A stretch of 64,000 nucleotides of DNA from Candidatus Multivoradales bacterium (GCA_965248055.1 CBDFIJ010000004.1:2336001-2400000), one strand, 5' to 3'. Positions 39,222 to 49,157 are shown, counted from the stretch's first letter. A program made the numbers and translations. Notes: generated from the sequence alone by a model not told the origin.

Positions 39222-40058
39222 ATGGGGGTTCCAAAATACGATGAACTGTTTAACCCGTTGATTGAAGCTATTCGAAACGTGGGTGGTTCTGCTTCTATCC
39301 AGGAACAGACAGATGAGGTTGCGGACATCTTGAATCTGTCCGAAAAAGATGTGGACGCGATTCATCGTGGAAACCGCACAAAGCTTAACTACCGACTTGC
39401 GTGGGCTCGAAACTACTTAAAACGCTATGGCACCTTGGAAAACTCATCACGCGGCGTGTGGGCATTAACTCCAGTCGGTCACAAGACACCGCAGGTTGAC
39501 AAAGAGGAAGTCAAGAAGTTCGTTGTAGCGTTGGATCGGAAGGAGAAGCCAGAAACTCGGACCGGTACGAAAATCAGCGGCAAAGGGTCTTCGACATGGG
39601 AAGAGGAACTACTTGTATGCGTGCGGAACATGTCTCCAGATGGTTTCGAGCGGTTGAGCCAGCGTCTGCTTAGAGAGTCTGGTTTTATTCAGGTCGAGGT
39701 GACAGGTCGGTCTAACGATGGTGGCATTGATGGAAAGGGTGTTGTTCGACTGGGGGGACTCATGTCTTTCCATATGATCTTCCAATGTAAGAGATTTAAG
39801 GGAAGTGTTGGTTCTTCGATTGTTCGAGACTTTCGCGGGGCAATGGTGGGGCGCGCCGACAAGGGACTGGTGATTACAACTGGATCATTCACATCTGAAG
39901 CTAGGAAAGAGGCCCAGAGGGATGGAGCTCCGCCCATTGACCTAATAGACGGCGATACTTTAGTGCAGAAGTTGAAAGAATTGCGCCTAGGTGTGGAAGT
40001 GCGCGAAAGAACAATAGAGGAGGTTTCCGTTGTTCCGGAGTATTTTGCCACCGTGTGA
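39222..40058 (+). CDS. mrr: Mrr-family type IV restriction endonuclease
   Basis: N-terminal wHTH (RLAWARNYLK...SSRGVWALT); DGGIDG...FQCKR...VRDFRGA...LIDG. Confidence 0.9.
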   Translation: MGVPKYDELFNPLIEAIRNVGGSASIQEQTDEVADILNLSEKDVDAIHRGNRTKLNYRLAWARNYLKRYGTLENSSRGVWALTPVGHKTPQVDKEEVKKFVVALDRKEKPETRTGTKISGKGSSTWEEELLVCVRNMSPDGFERLSQRLLRESGFIQVEVTGRSNDGGIDGKGVVRLGGLMSFHMIFQCKRFKGSVGSSIVRDFRGAMVGRADKGLVITTGSFTSEARKEAQRDGAPPIDLIDGDTLVQKLKELRLGVEVRERTIEEVSVVPEYFATV

Positions 40059-40126
40059 ATGCCGCGCAAATGTATTGATCAAGTGTCTCTGACGAAGTTT
40101 CCAAGAATTCTTTCATCGAAATCAGC

Positions 40127-42265
40127 TTGTTAGAGCCCATAACCCTGCCAACTCTCACGACCCATTGTCCCCTCGATTGCCCGGACACCTGCGCCTTAGA
40201 CATCGAGGTCAGTGACGGACAAGTCACCAAAGTCGGCCCTGCGGAGGGGAACCCAGTTACACAAGGGTACATCTGCTCCAAAGTAGCTGGCTTCGACGGG
40301 CGGCAGAATCATACGCAGCGGATTCTGCATCCAGCTAAGAGGATCGGCGCTAAGAGTTCGAAGGAGGGGGGCTCGGGCGGGTTCGAGCGGATTTCTTGGG
40401 ATGAGGCTCTGGATGAAATCAGCGACCGATTCAAACGATTGATCGCAGAAAAGGGTGGAGAGTCGATTCTACCGCTGCATTACGGTGGCTCGAACGGCAT
40501 CATCACCGAAGATTTCTTGGATGAGTTGTTCTTCGCCCGGCTGGGAGCTTCGCGGCTGGACAAGAACATCTGTGCGGTGCCAGCGACGCTGATCGCCACC
40601 GGGATGTACGGCAAGATGCCGGGAGTGGCGTTTGAGGATTATGTACACGCCAAGCTGATCGTGATCTGGGGTGCCAATCCCAAGCGTTCGAATATTCACT
40701 TGGTGCCGTATTTGCGAGAGGCGCGCAAGCGCGGAGCCAAGGTGGTGGTGATCGACCCTCGCCGCAATTTCTCGCACCAGGAGATCGATCTGCACTTTCC
40801 GGTTCTACCGGGCCAAGACTTGCCGTTGGCGTTGGCTTTGATCGGTCACTGGAATGAGCGGGGCTTGTTGAACCAAGAGTTTCTCGATCAGCACGCCGAT
40901 GGTTTGGAGCCGCTGCTGGCTGCCGCCGCAAATTGGTCCTTGGAGAAGGCTGCTGAAGTTTCAGGCGTGGAACTAGAGACGATTCAGACCTTTGCCGATC
41001 TTTACGCCGAAGCCGAGCCCGCGGTGACCCGCTGCGGCTGGGGGGTGGAGCGCAATCGCAATGGCGCGCGGGCGATCGCCGCGATCTTGGCGATGCCAGC
41101 CTTGATGGGGAAGTTCGGGGTGCGGGGCGGTGGCTACACCATGTCGAACAACGGCGCGATGCGCTTCGATTTCTCGCAGGTTTTTGGCTCGCTGGATTGG
41201 ACCACGCGGGAGATCAATATGACCCGTCTGGCGCACGAGCTGGAGACCCGGTCGGACCCGCGCATTGAGGCGATGCTGGTCTATAACGCCAACCCTGCGG
41301 TGACCGTTCCTCATCAGGCGCAACTCCTGGAGCAACTGCAACGAGAAGATCTGTTCACCGTGGTCCACGATCAGGTGTGGACCGACACCGCGATGTTGGC
41401 GGACATCGTTCTTCCAGCGACTACATTTCTAGAGCATCATGATCTGCGGGTTGGCTATGGCGCCTACCACGTGGGTGAGGTACGTCCGGTGGTGGAAGCG
41501 GTGGGTGAGGCGCGGTCGAATGTTTGGCTGTTCGGTCAATTGGGCCAGCGGATGGGTTTCTCCGACCCGGCTTTTGGCTGGAGCGAAGAGGAACTTGCTC
41601 AGCGAGCAAGACAAGCGTTGGCACCGATCGACGCCGCTACGGAAGTGGCGGTTGGCAACGGCGCAGTGCCTAACCGAGCAGTGCCCAGCGGCACAGTACC
41701 CAGCGGCTCAGTGCCCAACGAAACAGTGCCCGAGGCTGATATCCAGAGCCGCAAAGCCAGAGCGTGGGCGGTTCGCTTCGAGGGCAAAAATCAAGAGACC
41801 GATAATCCGATTCCTTTCGTCAACTCGATGCCCCTGACTGCGGACGGCAAGGTGCATCTGACCCCAGAGGTACTGGGAGAGCAACCGTTTCACTGGCAAG
41901 CGCCAAAGGCTGATTTCCCCTTGGCCCTGATCACCCCAGCCGGTGGCAAGCGCATCAACTCGACGCTGGGAGAGTTAGTGGAGCAGCCATTGACCGTGAC
42001 TCTGAACCCAAAAGACGCAGCGGATCGGTCTATCTCCAGTGGTGATCGAGTTGAGGTGTTCAATCAATTGGCGCGCATCCGGTGCCGCGCCGAAATATCC
42101 GAACAGATACGGCCCAATGTGGTGTCGATGCCCAAGGGTGTGTGGCGCAAGAACTCAGAGGACGGGCTCACCCCCACCGCGCTATGTCCAGACCATGTGC
42201 AGGATGTCGGTGATGCTGCTTGTTTCAACGATGCCAGGGTCGAGATCCGGGCTGCAAGGCGGTAA
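40127..42265 (+). CDS. Molybdopterin-dependent oxidoreductase of unknown substrate
   Basis: CPLDCPDTC Fe-S motif, GYICSK, ISWDEALD, TDTAMLADIVLPATTFLE. Confidence 0.9.
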   Translation: MLEPITLPTLTTHCPLDCPDTCALDIEVSDGQVTKVGPAEGNPVTQGYICSKVAGFDGRQNHTQRILHPAKRIGAKSSKEGGSGGFERISWDEALDEISDRFKRLIAEKGGESILPLHYGGSNGIITEDFLDELFFARLGASRLDKNICAVPATLIATGMYGKMPGVAFEDYVHAKLIVIWGANPKRSNIHLVPYLREARKRGAKVVVIDPRRNFSHQEIDLHFPVLPGQDLPLALALIGHWNERGLLNQEFLDQHADGLEPLLAAAANWSLEKAAEVSGVELETIQTFADLYAEAEPAVTRCGWGVERNRNGARAIAAILAMPALMGKFGVRGGGYTMSNNGAMRFDFSQVFGSLDWTTREINMTRLAHELETRSDPRIEAMLVYNANPAVTVPHQAQLLEQLQREDLFTVVHDQVWTDTAMLADIVLPATTFLEHHDLRVGYGAYHVGEVRPVVEAVGEARSNVWLFGQLGQRMGFSDPAFGWSEEELAQRARQALAPIDAATEVAVGNGAVPNRAVPSGTVPSGSVPNETVPEADIQSRKARAWAVRFEGKNQETDNPIPFVNSMPLTADGKVHLTPEVLGEQPFHWQAPKADFPLALITPAGGKRINSTLGELVEQPLTVTLNPKDAADRSISSGDRVEVFNQLARIRCRAEISEQIRPNVVSMPKGVWRKNSEDGLTPTALCPDHVQDVGDAACFNDARVEIRAARR
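41662..41733 (+). repeat. Degenerate 15-bp in-frame repeat encoding AVPNR-AVPSG-TVPSG-SVPNE-TVPE
   Basis: CAGT(G/A)CC recurs every 15 bp. Confidence 0.8.
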
Positions 42266-42273
42266 AATGGCTT

Positions 42274-42531
42274 GTGACCAAGACAGGCAAAGAGACTGAT
42301 CAGAAAACGCAAGAGCTAGCGGATTTGTATCGACGCCGAGCGGCCAACTGGGACCGCTTTGAAGAGTGGCAGCGGTCAAACCCCAATGATTTAACTCCCC
42401 AAGTGGCATTGGCTGGGGTCGGTTTTCTCTTCGACCTCTTGCCCCTAGAAAGCCGTACGAGACCGGTTGACACGGCAGGGATTCAGAGCATGCGGGAAGC
42501 GATATCGGTTCTGGGTCGCTCGGCCCCGTGA
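42274..42531 (+). CDS. Small hypothetical protein, partner of the nucleotidyltransferase
   Basis: In-frame GTG at 42274; GTGA overlap with the next gene. Confidence 0.6.
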   Translation: MTKTGKETDQKTQELADLYRRRAANWDRFEEWQRSNPNDLTPQVALAGVGFLFDLLPLESRTRPVDTAGIQSMREAISVLGRSAP

Positions 42532-43100
42532 GTGGGCAAGAGCGTACGCTCGCTCAGTTAGCGCTACGATTTGCCGACGCCCAACTGCCGTACATGGTGA
42601 TTGGTGGCCATGCGAATGCCGTATGGGGTGAACCACGGGCCACTTTGGATATCGATGTCTTGATTTGGCAGCCCAAACCAAAAGCAGAAGAGGTTCTAAA
42701 GCACCTGAAACCCCAGTTCAGCTCCCGGGTCAGGAATCCTCAGCCCTTTGTCGAGGAAACCCGAGTGCTACCAGTGGTGTCTGAAGACGGCCTAGCGGTT
42801 GATGTAATTTTCGGTCAACTACCTTTCGAGGAGCAGGCTATCGACCGTGCGTCAACGGTGGTTGTAGGTGGTGTTTCGATTCGCTTCGCGACCGCGGAAG
42901 ATCTCATTTTGTTGAAGATCATATCCACCCGAGAGAGGGATTTAGAAGATATTCGTGGTGTCGCGAGAAGTCAGAAGGGCAAACTGGATCTTGTCTATTT
43001 GGAACCTCGAGTGGAGGAGCTAGCGGTGCTACTGGATCGGCCCGAGATTCGGGAGTTCTGGGCATCGGTGCGTGATGCCGAGATGCTATCCGAGTCCTAG
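42528..43100 (+). CDS. Nucleotidyltransferase, DUF6036/AbiEii-like
   Basis: YMVIGGHA...GEPRATLDIDV, ATAEDLILLK, RERDLED. Confidence 0.85.
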   Translation: MSGQERTLAQLALRFADAQLPYMVIGGHANAVWGEPRATLDIDVLIWQPKPKAEEVLKHLKPQFSSRVRNPQPFVEETRVLPVVSEDGLAVDVIFGQLPFEEQAIDRASTVVVGGVSIRFATAEDLILLKIISTRERDLEDIRGVARSQKGKLDLVYLEPRVEELAVLLDRPEIREFWASVRDAEMLSES

Positions 43101-43325
43101 TTCGCCTGCCAACGCAACCCCCGCCCCTCGGTTTCCAGCTCCCAACGATCGATCGTCCCTACCGCTGTGCCTGGACCATGTGCAGGATGTTGGCGTTGGT
43201 GCCTGTTTTGAAGAAACTGGGGTGCAGGGGACGGCATCCACCATCGAGCAATTCTGTTAGGTATCCCCGAAGAAAACGAGCGGCCCGTGGACCGCTCGCT
43301 CAAAAGGTCAACTTGATTGTTGAGA

Positions 43326-44237
43326 CTAGTTGTTCGGCCAGGACCCCCAATTGGAGCAGTGACCACCGCGGTCGGTGCCAGTCAGCGACTGCTGCACACC
43401 CGAGTAGGCAGCGTTCATGACCGCACGTGGTGAGAAATGGATCTTGCCGTTGGCGTCAGTGCGAGAAATCTTGCCGAAGTGACCCTGCGACAGAGCGTGA
43501 CCGTTTTCATGGAGAGCTACAGTTTCCACGTCGATATTGCCATCGATTGCCCAAAAGAAGTTGTCGTTGTAATACACCTCGCGAAGCGCGGCATCCGCGA
43601 CTCCGTTGTTGTCGATGTCAGTACTTGAGTTGTCGGGGTTGATGAACCGAAAGGTAAAGGTTACTCCGATAATCGAGTTGCTGGCACCGGGGCCCCCAAT
43701 TGCATCAAAAAAACCGGCAGCCAGCCAGCCAGCTTGGGTGATGTCAGCGAAGACGAAAGGAGAACCAGATGCTCCTCCAGAAACGATGTTCTGAACCACA
43801 CCAAAATCGAACGCAAAGTCGCCAAAACCGATCAATGGAATATTGGAGCAACTCTCATCCTGCCAGGTCTGCATTGCTCGAGAAATTGCAGGGCTGGTAT
43901 CGGCCAGCACCAAGCCACTGGCGGTAGAGGCTTCACTCGCGTCGTTGATCCACGTGATACCGGTTCCCACGGTGTCGCCCCAAACCCGTCGCGGGTCACC
44001 GGGAACAAAATCAAAGGTTAACTGTTTATTGCCGCGGTTGTTGGCGAAAATGGTCTGACCCATCATGCCGCTATCGGCCGCCGTGAGGTATTCAGCGGAC
44101 ACCACGCGGTGACTTGCGCCCATCATTTCCAGGGCGACGTTCATATCATCGAGAGCGTTGGGCTGGGGATCCGCGTTCAGGGCTGGAACTCCCGTAATCA
44201 ACAGCGCCAGCGCGGCGATCTTGCAGATTCGTTTCAT
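43326..44237 (-). CDS. Secreted metzincin (matrixin-like) metalloprotease
   Basis: Signal peptide; ETVALHENGHALSQGH and Met-turn AVMNAAY. Confidence 0.8.
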   Translation of the reverse strand: MKRICKIAALALLITGVPALNADPQPNALDDMNVALEMMGASHRVVSAEYLTAADSGMMGQTIFANNRGNKQLTFDFVPGDPRRVWGDTVGTGITWINDASEASTASGLVLADTSPAISRAMQTWQDESCSNIPLIGFGDFAFDFGVVQNIVSGGASGSPFVFADITQAGWLAAGFFDAIGGPGASNSIIGVTFTFRFINPDNSSTDIDNNGVADAALREVYYNDNFFWAIDGNIDVETVALHENGHALSQGHFGKISRTDANGKIHFSPRAVMNAAYSGVQQSLTGTDRGGHCSNWGSWPNN

Positions 44238-44332
44238 TATATAAAACTCCTTTTGTGACCATTCATGGCACAACCAGATACAGATGTCCAGCAAGTGTAG
44301 CCCCTTCTGATTAGCAGAGCCTGTGACCAGCG

Positions 44333-45013
44333 TTACTGGTGCCAGCGTAGACCCCGACCCTCGGTCTCCAGCCCCAACCGATCCATCACCCGCATTGCAT
44401 AGTGGTCGAGGGGGGTCTGCATTTGGCCGCCCTTCTTGGAGGGGTCGCCGAGGTAGAAGGCCGGGATCGGCGGTTGGATCACCGCTCCAGCCAAAGCCAG
44501 CTTGCGCAGGTTGTCGGTTTGGATGGCTGAGATTGGGGTTTCGCGGTAGCCAAGAATCAAGGGCCAGCCTTCTTTGAGGGCGACGGCGCCGGCCCGATGG
44601 ATCAAGGTTTTTCCAGTTCCGGTTGCCAAGGTTCCGGCGGTGGCTGCGCTGCAGGGCAGAATGACGGTTCCCGACAGCCGGTAAGAGCCAGAGGCGATCG
44701 GAGCGTCGAGTTGGCTGTCTTTGTGGATGGTGACTTTGCTGGCGACCTAGTCGGCAGCGATCTGGTGGTGGAAGGTAGCCGCCTCAACCAAGGCGTTCGC
44801 ACCTCCAGAACCCCCGGAACCCCCGGAACCCCCGGAACCCTCGGAACCCTCGGAACCATTACCCAGCTCGTGTCCCATGGCCTGCGCCGCGGCGCTGGAG
44901 GTCACTAGATGCACCGGTTCGATGTCTGGATGATCCACCAACGCTGCGAGCAGGGTGCGCGGCAGGGCCATCCCTGAGGCACCGGAAACCAACAGGGCAA
45001 CCGAACCAGTCAT
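44333..45013 (-). pseudogene. ubiX: Flavin prenyltransferase with an in-frame TAG at 44747-44749
   Basis: SGASG; AAD*VASK...APIASGS...LPCS...LIHRA...RETP...PPIPAFY in one frame. Confidence 0.85.
44802..44857 (-). repeat. Six 9-bp tandem units encoding a GSE/GSG linker inside ubiX
   Basis: CCTCCAGAA, CCCCCGGAA x3, CCCTCGGAA x2. Confidence 0.9.
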
Positions 45014-45018
45014 CAATC

Positions 45019-46476
45019 TTAATTGTCGGCTAAGTGAGCCAGCGTGCCACTGAGAAGACGCCAGAAGCGCTCCACTGAGGCGACATGAACCCGTTCAGCA
45101 GGCGAATGCGGATGCTCGATTTGCGGGCCAATGGAAATCATGTCCATGCCCGGCTGCATCTCGCCGATCAGGCCGCATTCCAATCCAGCGTGCACCGCGT
45201 AGACCTCTGGATCGACGCCCAGTTCGCTTTGGTGGACGCCCTGGACGATCTCCAGCATCTTGGAGCTCATGTCCGGCTGCCACCCGGGGTAGCCATCGTC
45301 CTCATGAACCCCAGCGCCGCCGAGTTCGCCTGTGGCGCGGATCTGGCGTCGGAGAGCGGTGAGAGCCGAGGCAACCGAACTGCGACTGGACATCTCAATG
45401 TGCAGCCCAGCATCCTTTTCTTTGACCGTGGCGAGATTGGTGCTGGTCTCGACCAAGTCTGGGATGTCATAGCTCATAGCAACCACGCCGTGTGGCAGGG
45501 AATTGAGCAGGTTGAGGACCTTCGCTGTGGTCTCTGCGTCCCAAGCTGTGGCGGCGGGCTCGGTCGCCTCCAGCGACAGCGTCATGCTGGGCTCGGCGGA
45601 CTTCGACTCGGCATCCGCTAGGGCATACTCTGCCGAGATCGCGTCTTGTAGCGCCTGCGCTTGGTCTGCGCTCACCACGATCGTGGCGCGGGCTTCGCGC
45701 GGGATGGCGTTGTGCGCGTTACCTCCCTTGAAGCTGACGATGCGCATTACGGTGGCGTCTGAGCCAGCGGTAAGAATACGAGCCAGAACCCGAACCGCGT
45801 TGCCCCGCTGTAAGTGGATATCGATTCCGGAATGGCCGCCGTGGAGGCCGCCAATACCAACGGTAAACGCCGCGGAATTTTCGGCCACGGTTTGGCGCGC
45901 CAGGGGAACCGACAAATGGGTGTCGGCGCCGCCGGCACAGCCGACACAGAGTTTGTTCTCATCTTCAGAGTCGAGGTTGATCAAGCGCCGAGCACTGAGC
46001 AGCGATGGGTCCAGTTGCGCCGCTCCGGTCAGTCCGGTCTCTTCGTCGATGGTAAAGAGCAGTTCCAGGGGAGGGTGGACTAGATCGTCGGCTTCCAATA
46101 CCGCGAGCATGGTGGCGACGCCGATACCGTTGTCTGAACCTAGGGTGGTGCCGGTGGCGGTCAGGTATTCGCCGTCCATCTGCGGCTGGATTGCGTCGCT
46201 GTCAAAATTAAAATCGACGTCCGAGTTCTTCTCTTGGACCATGTCCAAATGGGACTGCAGAATAACCACCGGAGCGTCTTCTTTGCCAACGGAGCCAGGC
46301 TTAGTGACGACTACGTTGCCAGCGCTGTCCACTTGGTGGGACATGCCGTTGCGTTCGGCGACTTCGATCACATAGGCGCGCGCTCGGCCTTCATCTTTGG
46401 AAGCCCGAGGGATGGTCAAAATCTGGTCGAAGTGGGCCCAAATGGACTTGGGTTCAAGATCGGAAACGAAGGTCAT
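45019..46476 (-). CDS. pepD: Aminoacyl-histidine dipeptidase (M20C)
   Basis: LQSHLDMV, TTLGSDNGIG, DEETGL, GGHSG, HAGLECG, HSPAER. Confidence 0.93.
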   Translation of the reverse strand: MTFVSDLEPKSIWAHFDQILTIPRASKDEGRARAYVIEVAERNGMSHQVDSAGNVVVTKPGSVGKEDAPVVILQSHLDMVQEKNSDVDFNFDSDAIQPQMDGEYLTATGTTLGSDNGIGVATMLAVLEADDLVHPPLELLFTIDEETGLTGAAQLDPSLLSARRLINLDSEDENKLCVGCAGGADTHLSVPLARQTVAENSAAFTVGIGGLHGGHSGIDIHLQRGNAVRVLARILTAGSDATVMRIVSFKGGNAHNAIPREARATIVVSADQAQALQDAISAEYALADAESKSAEPSMTLSLEATEPAATAWDAETTAKVLNLLNSLPHGVVAMSYDIPDLVETSTNLATVKEKDAGLHIEMSSRSSVASALTALRRQIRATGELGGAGVHEDDGYPGWQPDMSSKMLEIVQGVHQSELGVDPEVYAVHAGLECGLIGEMQPGMDMISIGPQIEHPHSPAERVHVASVERFWRLLSGTLAHLADN

Positions 46477-46696
46477 GATGGGTTCTCTCCTGTTCAGCGT
46501 GCTTGCTTGAGGTGTTTGTCGGTGTCTGAATGCTGCAACAGTGACACCGCAAATCAAATTGTAACTGGGTAGAGCTGGAAGCGGAGTGGTAGTTTGCTTG
46601 GTGGGTGCTGTTTGACCCGGTTCTAGGCCGATAGCTACAATGCCGCAGGCCCTTGGGGCCTGTCCCGACAAACTTCATACGGCACCTGGAGGCTTC

Positions 46697-48694
46697 ATGT
46701 CCGAAAAACCGTTCAAACCTTTTATTCCTGCTTCGCAGGAAATGGCCGAGCTGACCGTCAAGGCGGTAGTGCTTGGAGCAATCATGGCGATTGTCCTGGG
46801 TGCCGCCAATGCCTACCTGGGCATGAAGGTGGGCTTGACCGTTGCCGCGACCTTCCCGGCGGCGGTGGTGGCGATGGCTGCGTTGCGGCCGTTCAAGGGC
46901 ACCATCTTGGAAGAGAACATCACTCGGACATCGGCGAGTGTTGGTGAAGCGCTGGTCGCTGGCGCAATCTTCACCATCCCAGCTTTTGTTATCAGTGGGG
47001 TTTGGGAAGAGATTCACATCTTCGAAAGCATGATGATCATGCTGGTCGGCGGTGTGCTCGGCGTATTGTTTGTCATCATGCTGCGCAAGACTTTGGTCGA
47101 AGAGGCAGGCCTACCGTTTCCTGAAAGCATGGCGGCGGCAGAGATTGTCAAAGCGGGACAGGGCGGACAAACCGGAGCCAAGTTCGTCTTTGGTTCGATG
47201 GGCTTGGCGGCACTGTGGGAGATCTTTACCAATCCCCGCGGGCTGACCCTGGTGCGGGATTCGGCGGCTAAGTTCTTTGAGTTCCCCAAGGCACAGATCG
47301 AGCTCCTGGGAGCCAAGCGCGATTTCGCTGGAGGTTTTCGCCTGGAATCTCCCGGAGCGCTACCAGCTCTGCTGGGAGTTGGTTTTATTGTTGGCTTCAA
47401 GGTCTCGGCAGTGCTCTTTGCTGGTGCTGTCTTGGGCCACTTATTTCTGGGTCCGCTGGCTTTGTTTCTGCAACCAAGCCTGACCGAAGCAGTAGCTTCG
47501 GGGTCGGCGAATTGGATGACCTTGGCGGGTGAGGTTTATAGCCAACAAGTGAAACCGTTGGCTGTGGGCACGATGATCGTGGCCGCTTTCTATACCCTTT
47601 ACTCCTTGCGTAAACAGTTGGCCTCAGGAATTGCTGCGGGTATCGCAGAAGTCCGCTCCGGTGGCGGCTCAGGGGCTCGCAATCGGCTGGAGATCGACAT
47701 AAGCCTCAAGCGAGTCGGGCTGGGAGTTATCGTTTCCTCGATCGCTCTGTTTTTCCTTTATCAGTACTTCACTAAGAGTGTCGGCGGATCGTTGGTGTTG
47801 ACCGTGGTGATGGTGATCCTCGGCTTCTTGTTCGCTGCGGTGGCTGGTTACTTGGTCGGTCTGATCGGCAGCTCGAATAACCCGATCTCAGGTCTTACGC
47901 TTTCGACTTTGATCATTGCCGCGTTGTTGATGTTGATGCTCAACGTAACTGGCGGCGCGGGCATTGCCGGTGTACTCGCGGTTTCGGGAGTGGTTTGCTG
48001 TGCTTGCGGGGTCTCGGGAGACATGATTCAAGACTTGAAAGTGGGACACGTACTGGGTGGCACACCGTGGAAGATGGAAGTCGGCGAGATCATCGCCGTG
48101 GTCCCTGCAGCCTTGGCCCTGCCGGCCGTTTTGCTGGCCCTAGACCAGACCTACAAGATCGGCTCCGAGCAGCTTTCAGCGCCGCAGGCGGGCTTGATGT
48201 CGCTGATGGCTACGGGAATCGTCAACCAGGAAATGCCGTGGTTATTGGTGGTCGCTGGAATGTTCTTGGCTGGCGGTCTGATCTTGATCAAGGCTCCGTC
48301 ACCGATGTTGATCGCGGTGGGCATGTACCTCCCGTTTGCTGCCACTGCTGGAATCTTCGTCGGTGGTCTGATGAAGGCGATGCTCGACAAGATGCTCGAT
48401 AAGGAGAATGCCACCGACGAAGATCGCCAGAAGGCAGAAAACACTGGGGTCCTAATCTCCAGTGGCTTGATTGCCGGTGGTGCACTCACCGCTGTGGTGA
48501 TCGCGTTTATGGTCCTTGGCTACAACCTGCTGGGAACGCCAGCTCCAGGTGCCGAGGGCGTGCCGACCTTTTTGGACAGCGCGCGCAACGCCCTTGGCGC
48601 AACACCGAATGCTTGGCTGGGCTTGATTTGTTTCGCAGGGGTTGCCTACATGTTGACCAAGGTGCCGATGAAGTCGATTCGCGGCGGTTCCTAG
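46697..48694 (+). CDS. OPT-family oligopeptide transporter
   Basis: AANAYLGMKVG, ILEENI, LPFPE, GSSNNPISG, QDLKVG, APQAGLM. Confidence 0.93.
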   Translation: MSEKPFKPFIPASQEMAELTVKAVVLGAIMAIVLGAANAYLGMKVGLTVAATFPAAVVAMAALRPFKGTILEENITRTSASVGEALVAGAIFTIPAFVISGVWEEIHIFESMMIMLVGGVLGVLFVIMLRKTLVEEAGLPFPESMAAAEIVKAGQGGQTGAKFVFGSMGLAALWEIFTNPRGLTLVRDSAAKFFEFPKAQIELLGAKRDFAGGFRLESPGALPALLGVGFIVGFKVSAVLFAGAVLGHLFLGPLALFLQPSLTEAVASGSANWMTLAGEVYSQQVKPLAVGTMIVAAFYTLYSLRKQLASGIAAGIAEVRSGGGSGARNRLEIDISLKRVGLGVIVSSIALFFLYQYFTKSVGGSLVLTVVMVILGFLFAAVAGYLVGLIGSSNNPISGLTLSTLIIAALLMLMLNVTGGAGIAGVLAVSGVVCCACGVSGDMIQDLKVGHVLGGTPWKMEVGEIIAVVPAALALPAVLLALDQTYKIGSEQLSAPQAGLMSLMATGIVNQEMPWLLVVAGMFLAGGLILIKAPSPMLIAVGMYLPFAATAGIFVGGLMKAMLDKMLDKENATDEDRQKAENTGVLISSGLIAGGALTAVVIAFMVLGYNLLGTPAPGAEGVPTFLDSARNALGATPNAWLGLICFAGVAYMLTKVPMKSIRGGS

Positions 48695-48728
48695 GCCTGA
48701 ACCCGGCATCTCCGGGCTCGGCCTCGAG

Positions 48729-49157
48729 ATGTCGGTTGCCTCAATGGCGACACAACAATCAGCACTGGATGGCGTCAATCTGCTGGACCTGACGCCAGTC
48801 CGGACTACCGAGTGGTCGGAGCAAGGGGGCTTTGTGGTGTTGCACCTGCCCGATCCACCGAGTTGGTGGCGAGCCCCAATGAAGTGGATATCCGCGTTCA
48901 TTACTTCCAAACGTCTGCGCCTGGACGAGGTCGGCAGCACCGCGTGGACCGAAATGGATGGCGAAAAAACCGTGGCAGAGGTCGCCGAGAAGCTACGGCT
49001 GGCGTTTGGCGAGCGGGTCGAACCGGCAGAAGAGCGCCTGGGAACGCTAATCAAGACCCTACGGCGTGAAGAATTGATCGACTATTTGGCTATCGACAAT
49101 GTGGTTTCTGAACCAGTGGCACCGACTCAGGAGACCGGGTATTCACAGCCCAGGTGA
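48729..49157 (+). CDS. PqqD-family (RRE-like) protein
   Basis: NLLDLTP...LRLDEVGSTAWTEMDGEKTVAEV...FGERVEP...RL. Confidence 0.8.
   Translation: MSVASMATQQSALDGVNLLDLTPVRTTEWSEQGGFVVLHLPDPPSWWRAPMKWISAFITSKRLRLDEVGSTAWTEMDGEKTVAEVAEKLRLAFGERVEPAEERLGTLIKTLRREELIDYLAIDNVVSEPVAPTQETGYSQPR

Noticed and set aside
41662-41733. Repeat insertion in the oxidoreductase as a functional element
   Set aside because: Short low-complexity linker expansion; kept as a feature only
45503-46375. Long antisense or alternative-frame ORFs (e.g. 45503-46375, 55713-56624, 59968-60849)
   Set aside because: Shadow ORFs of well-supported genes in GC-rich DNA, with no motifs
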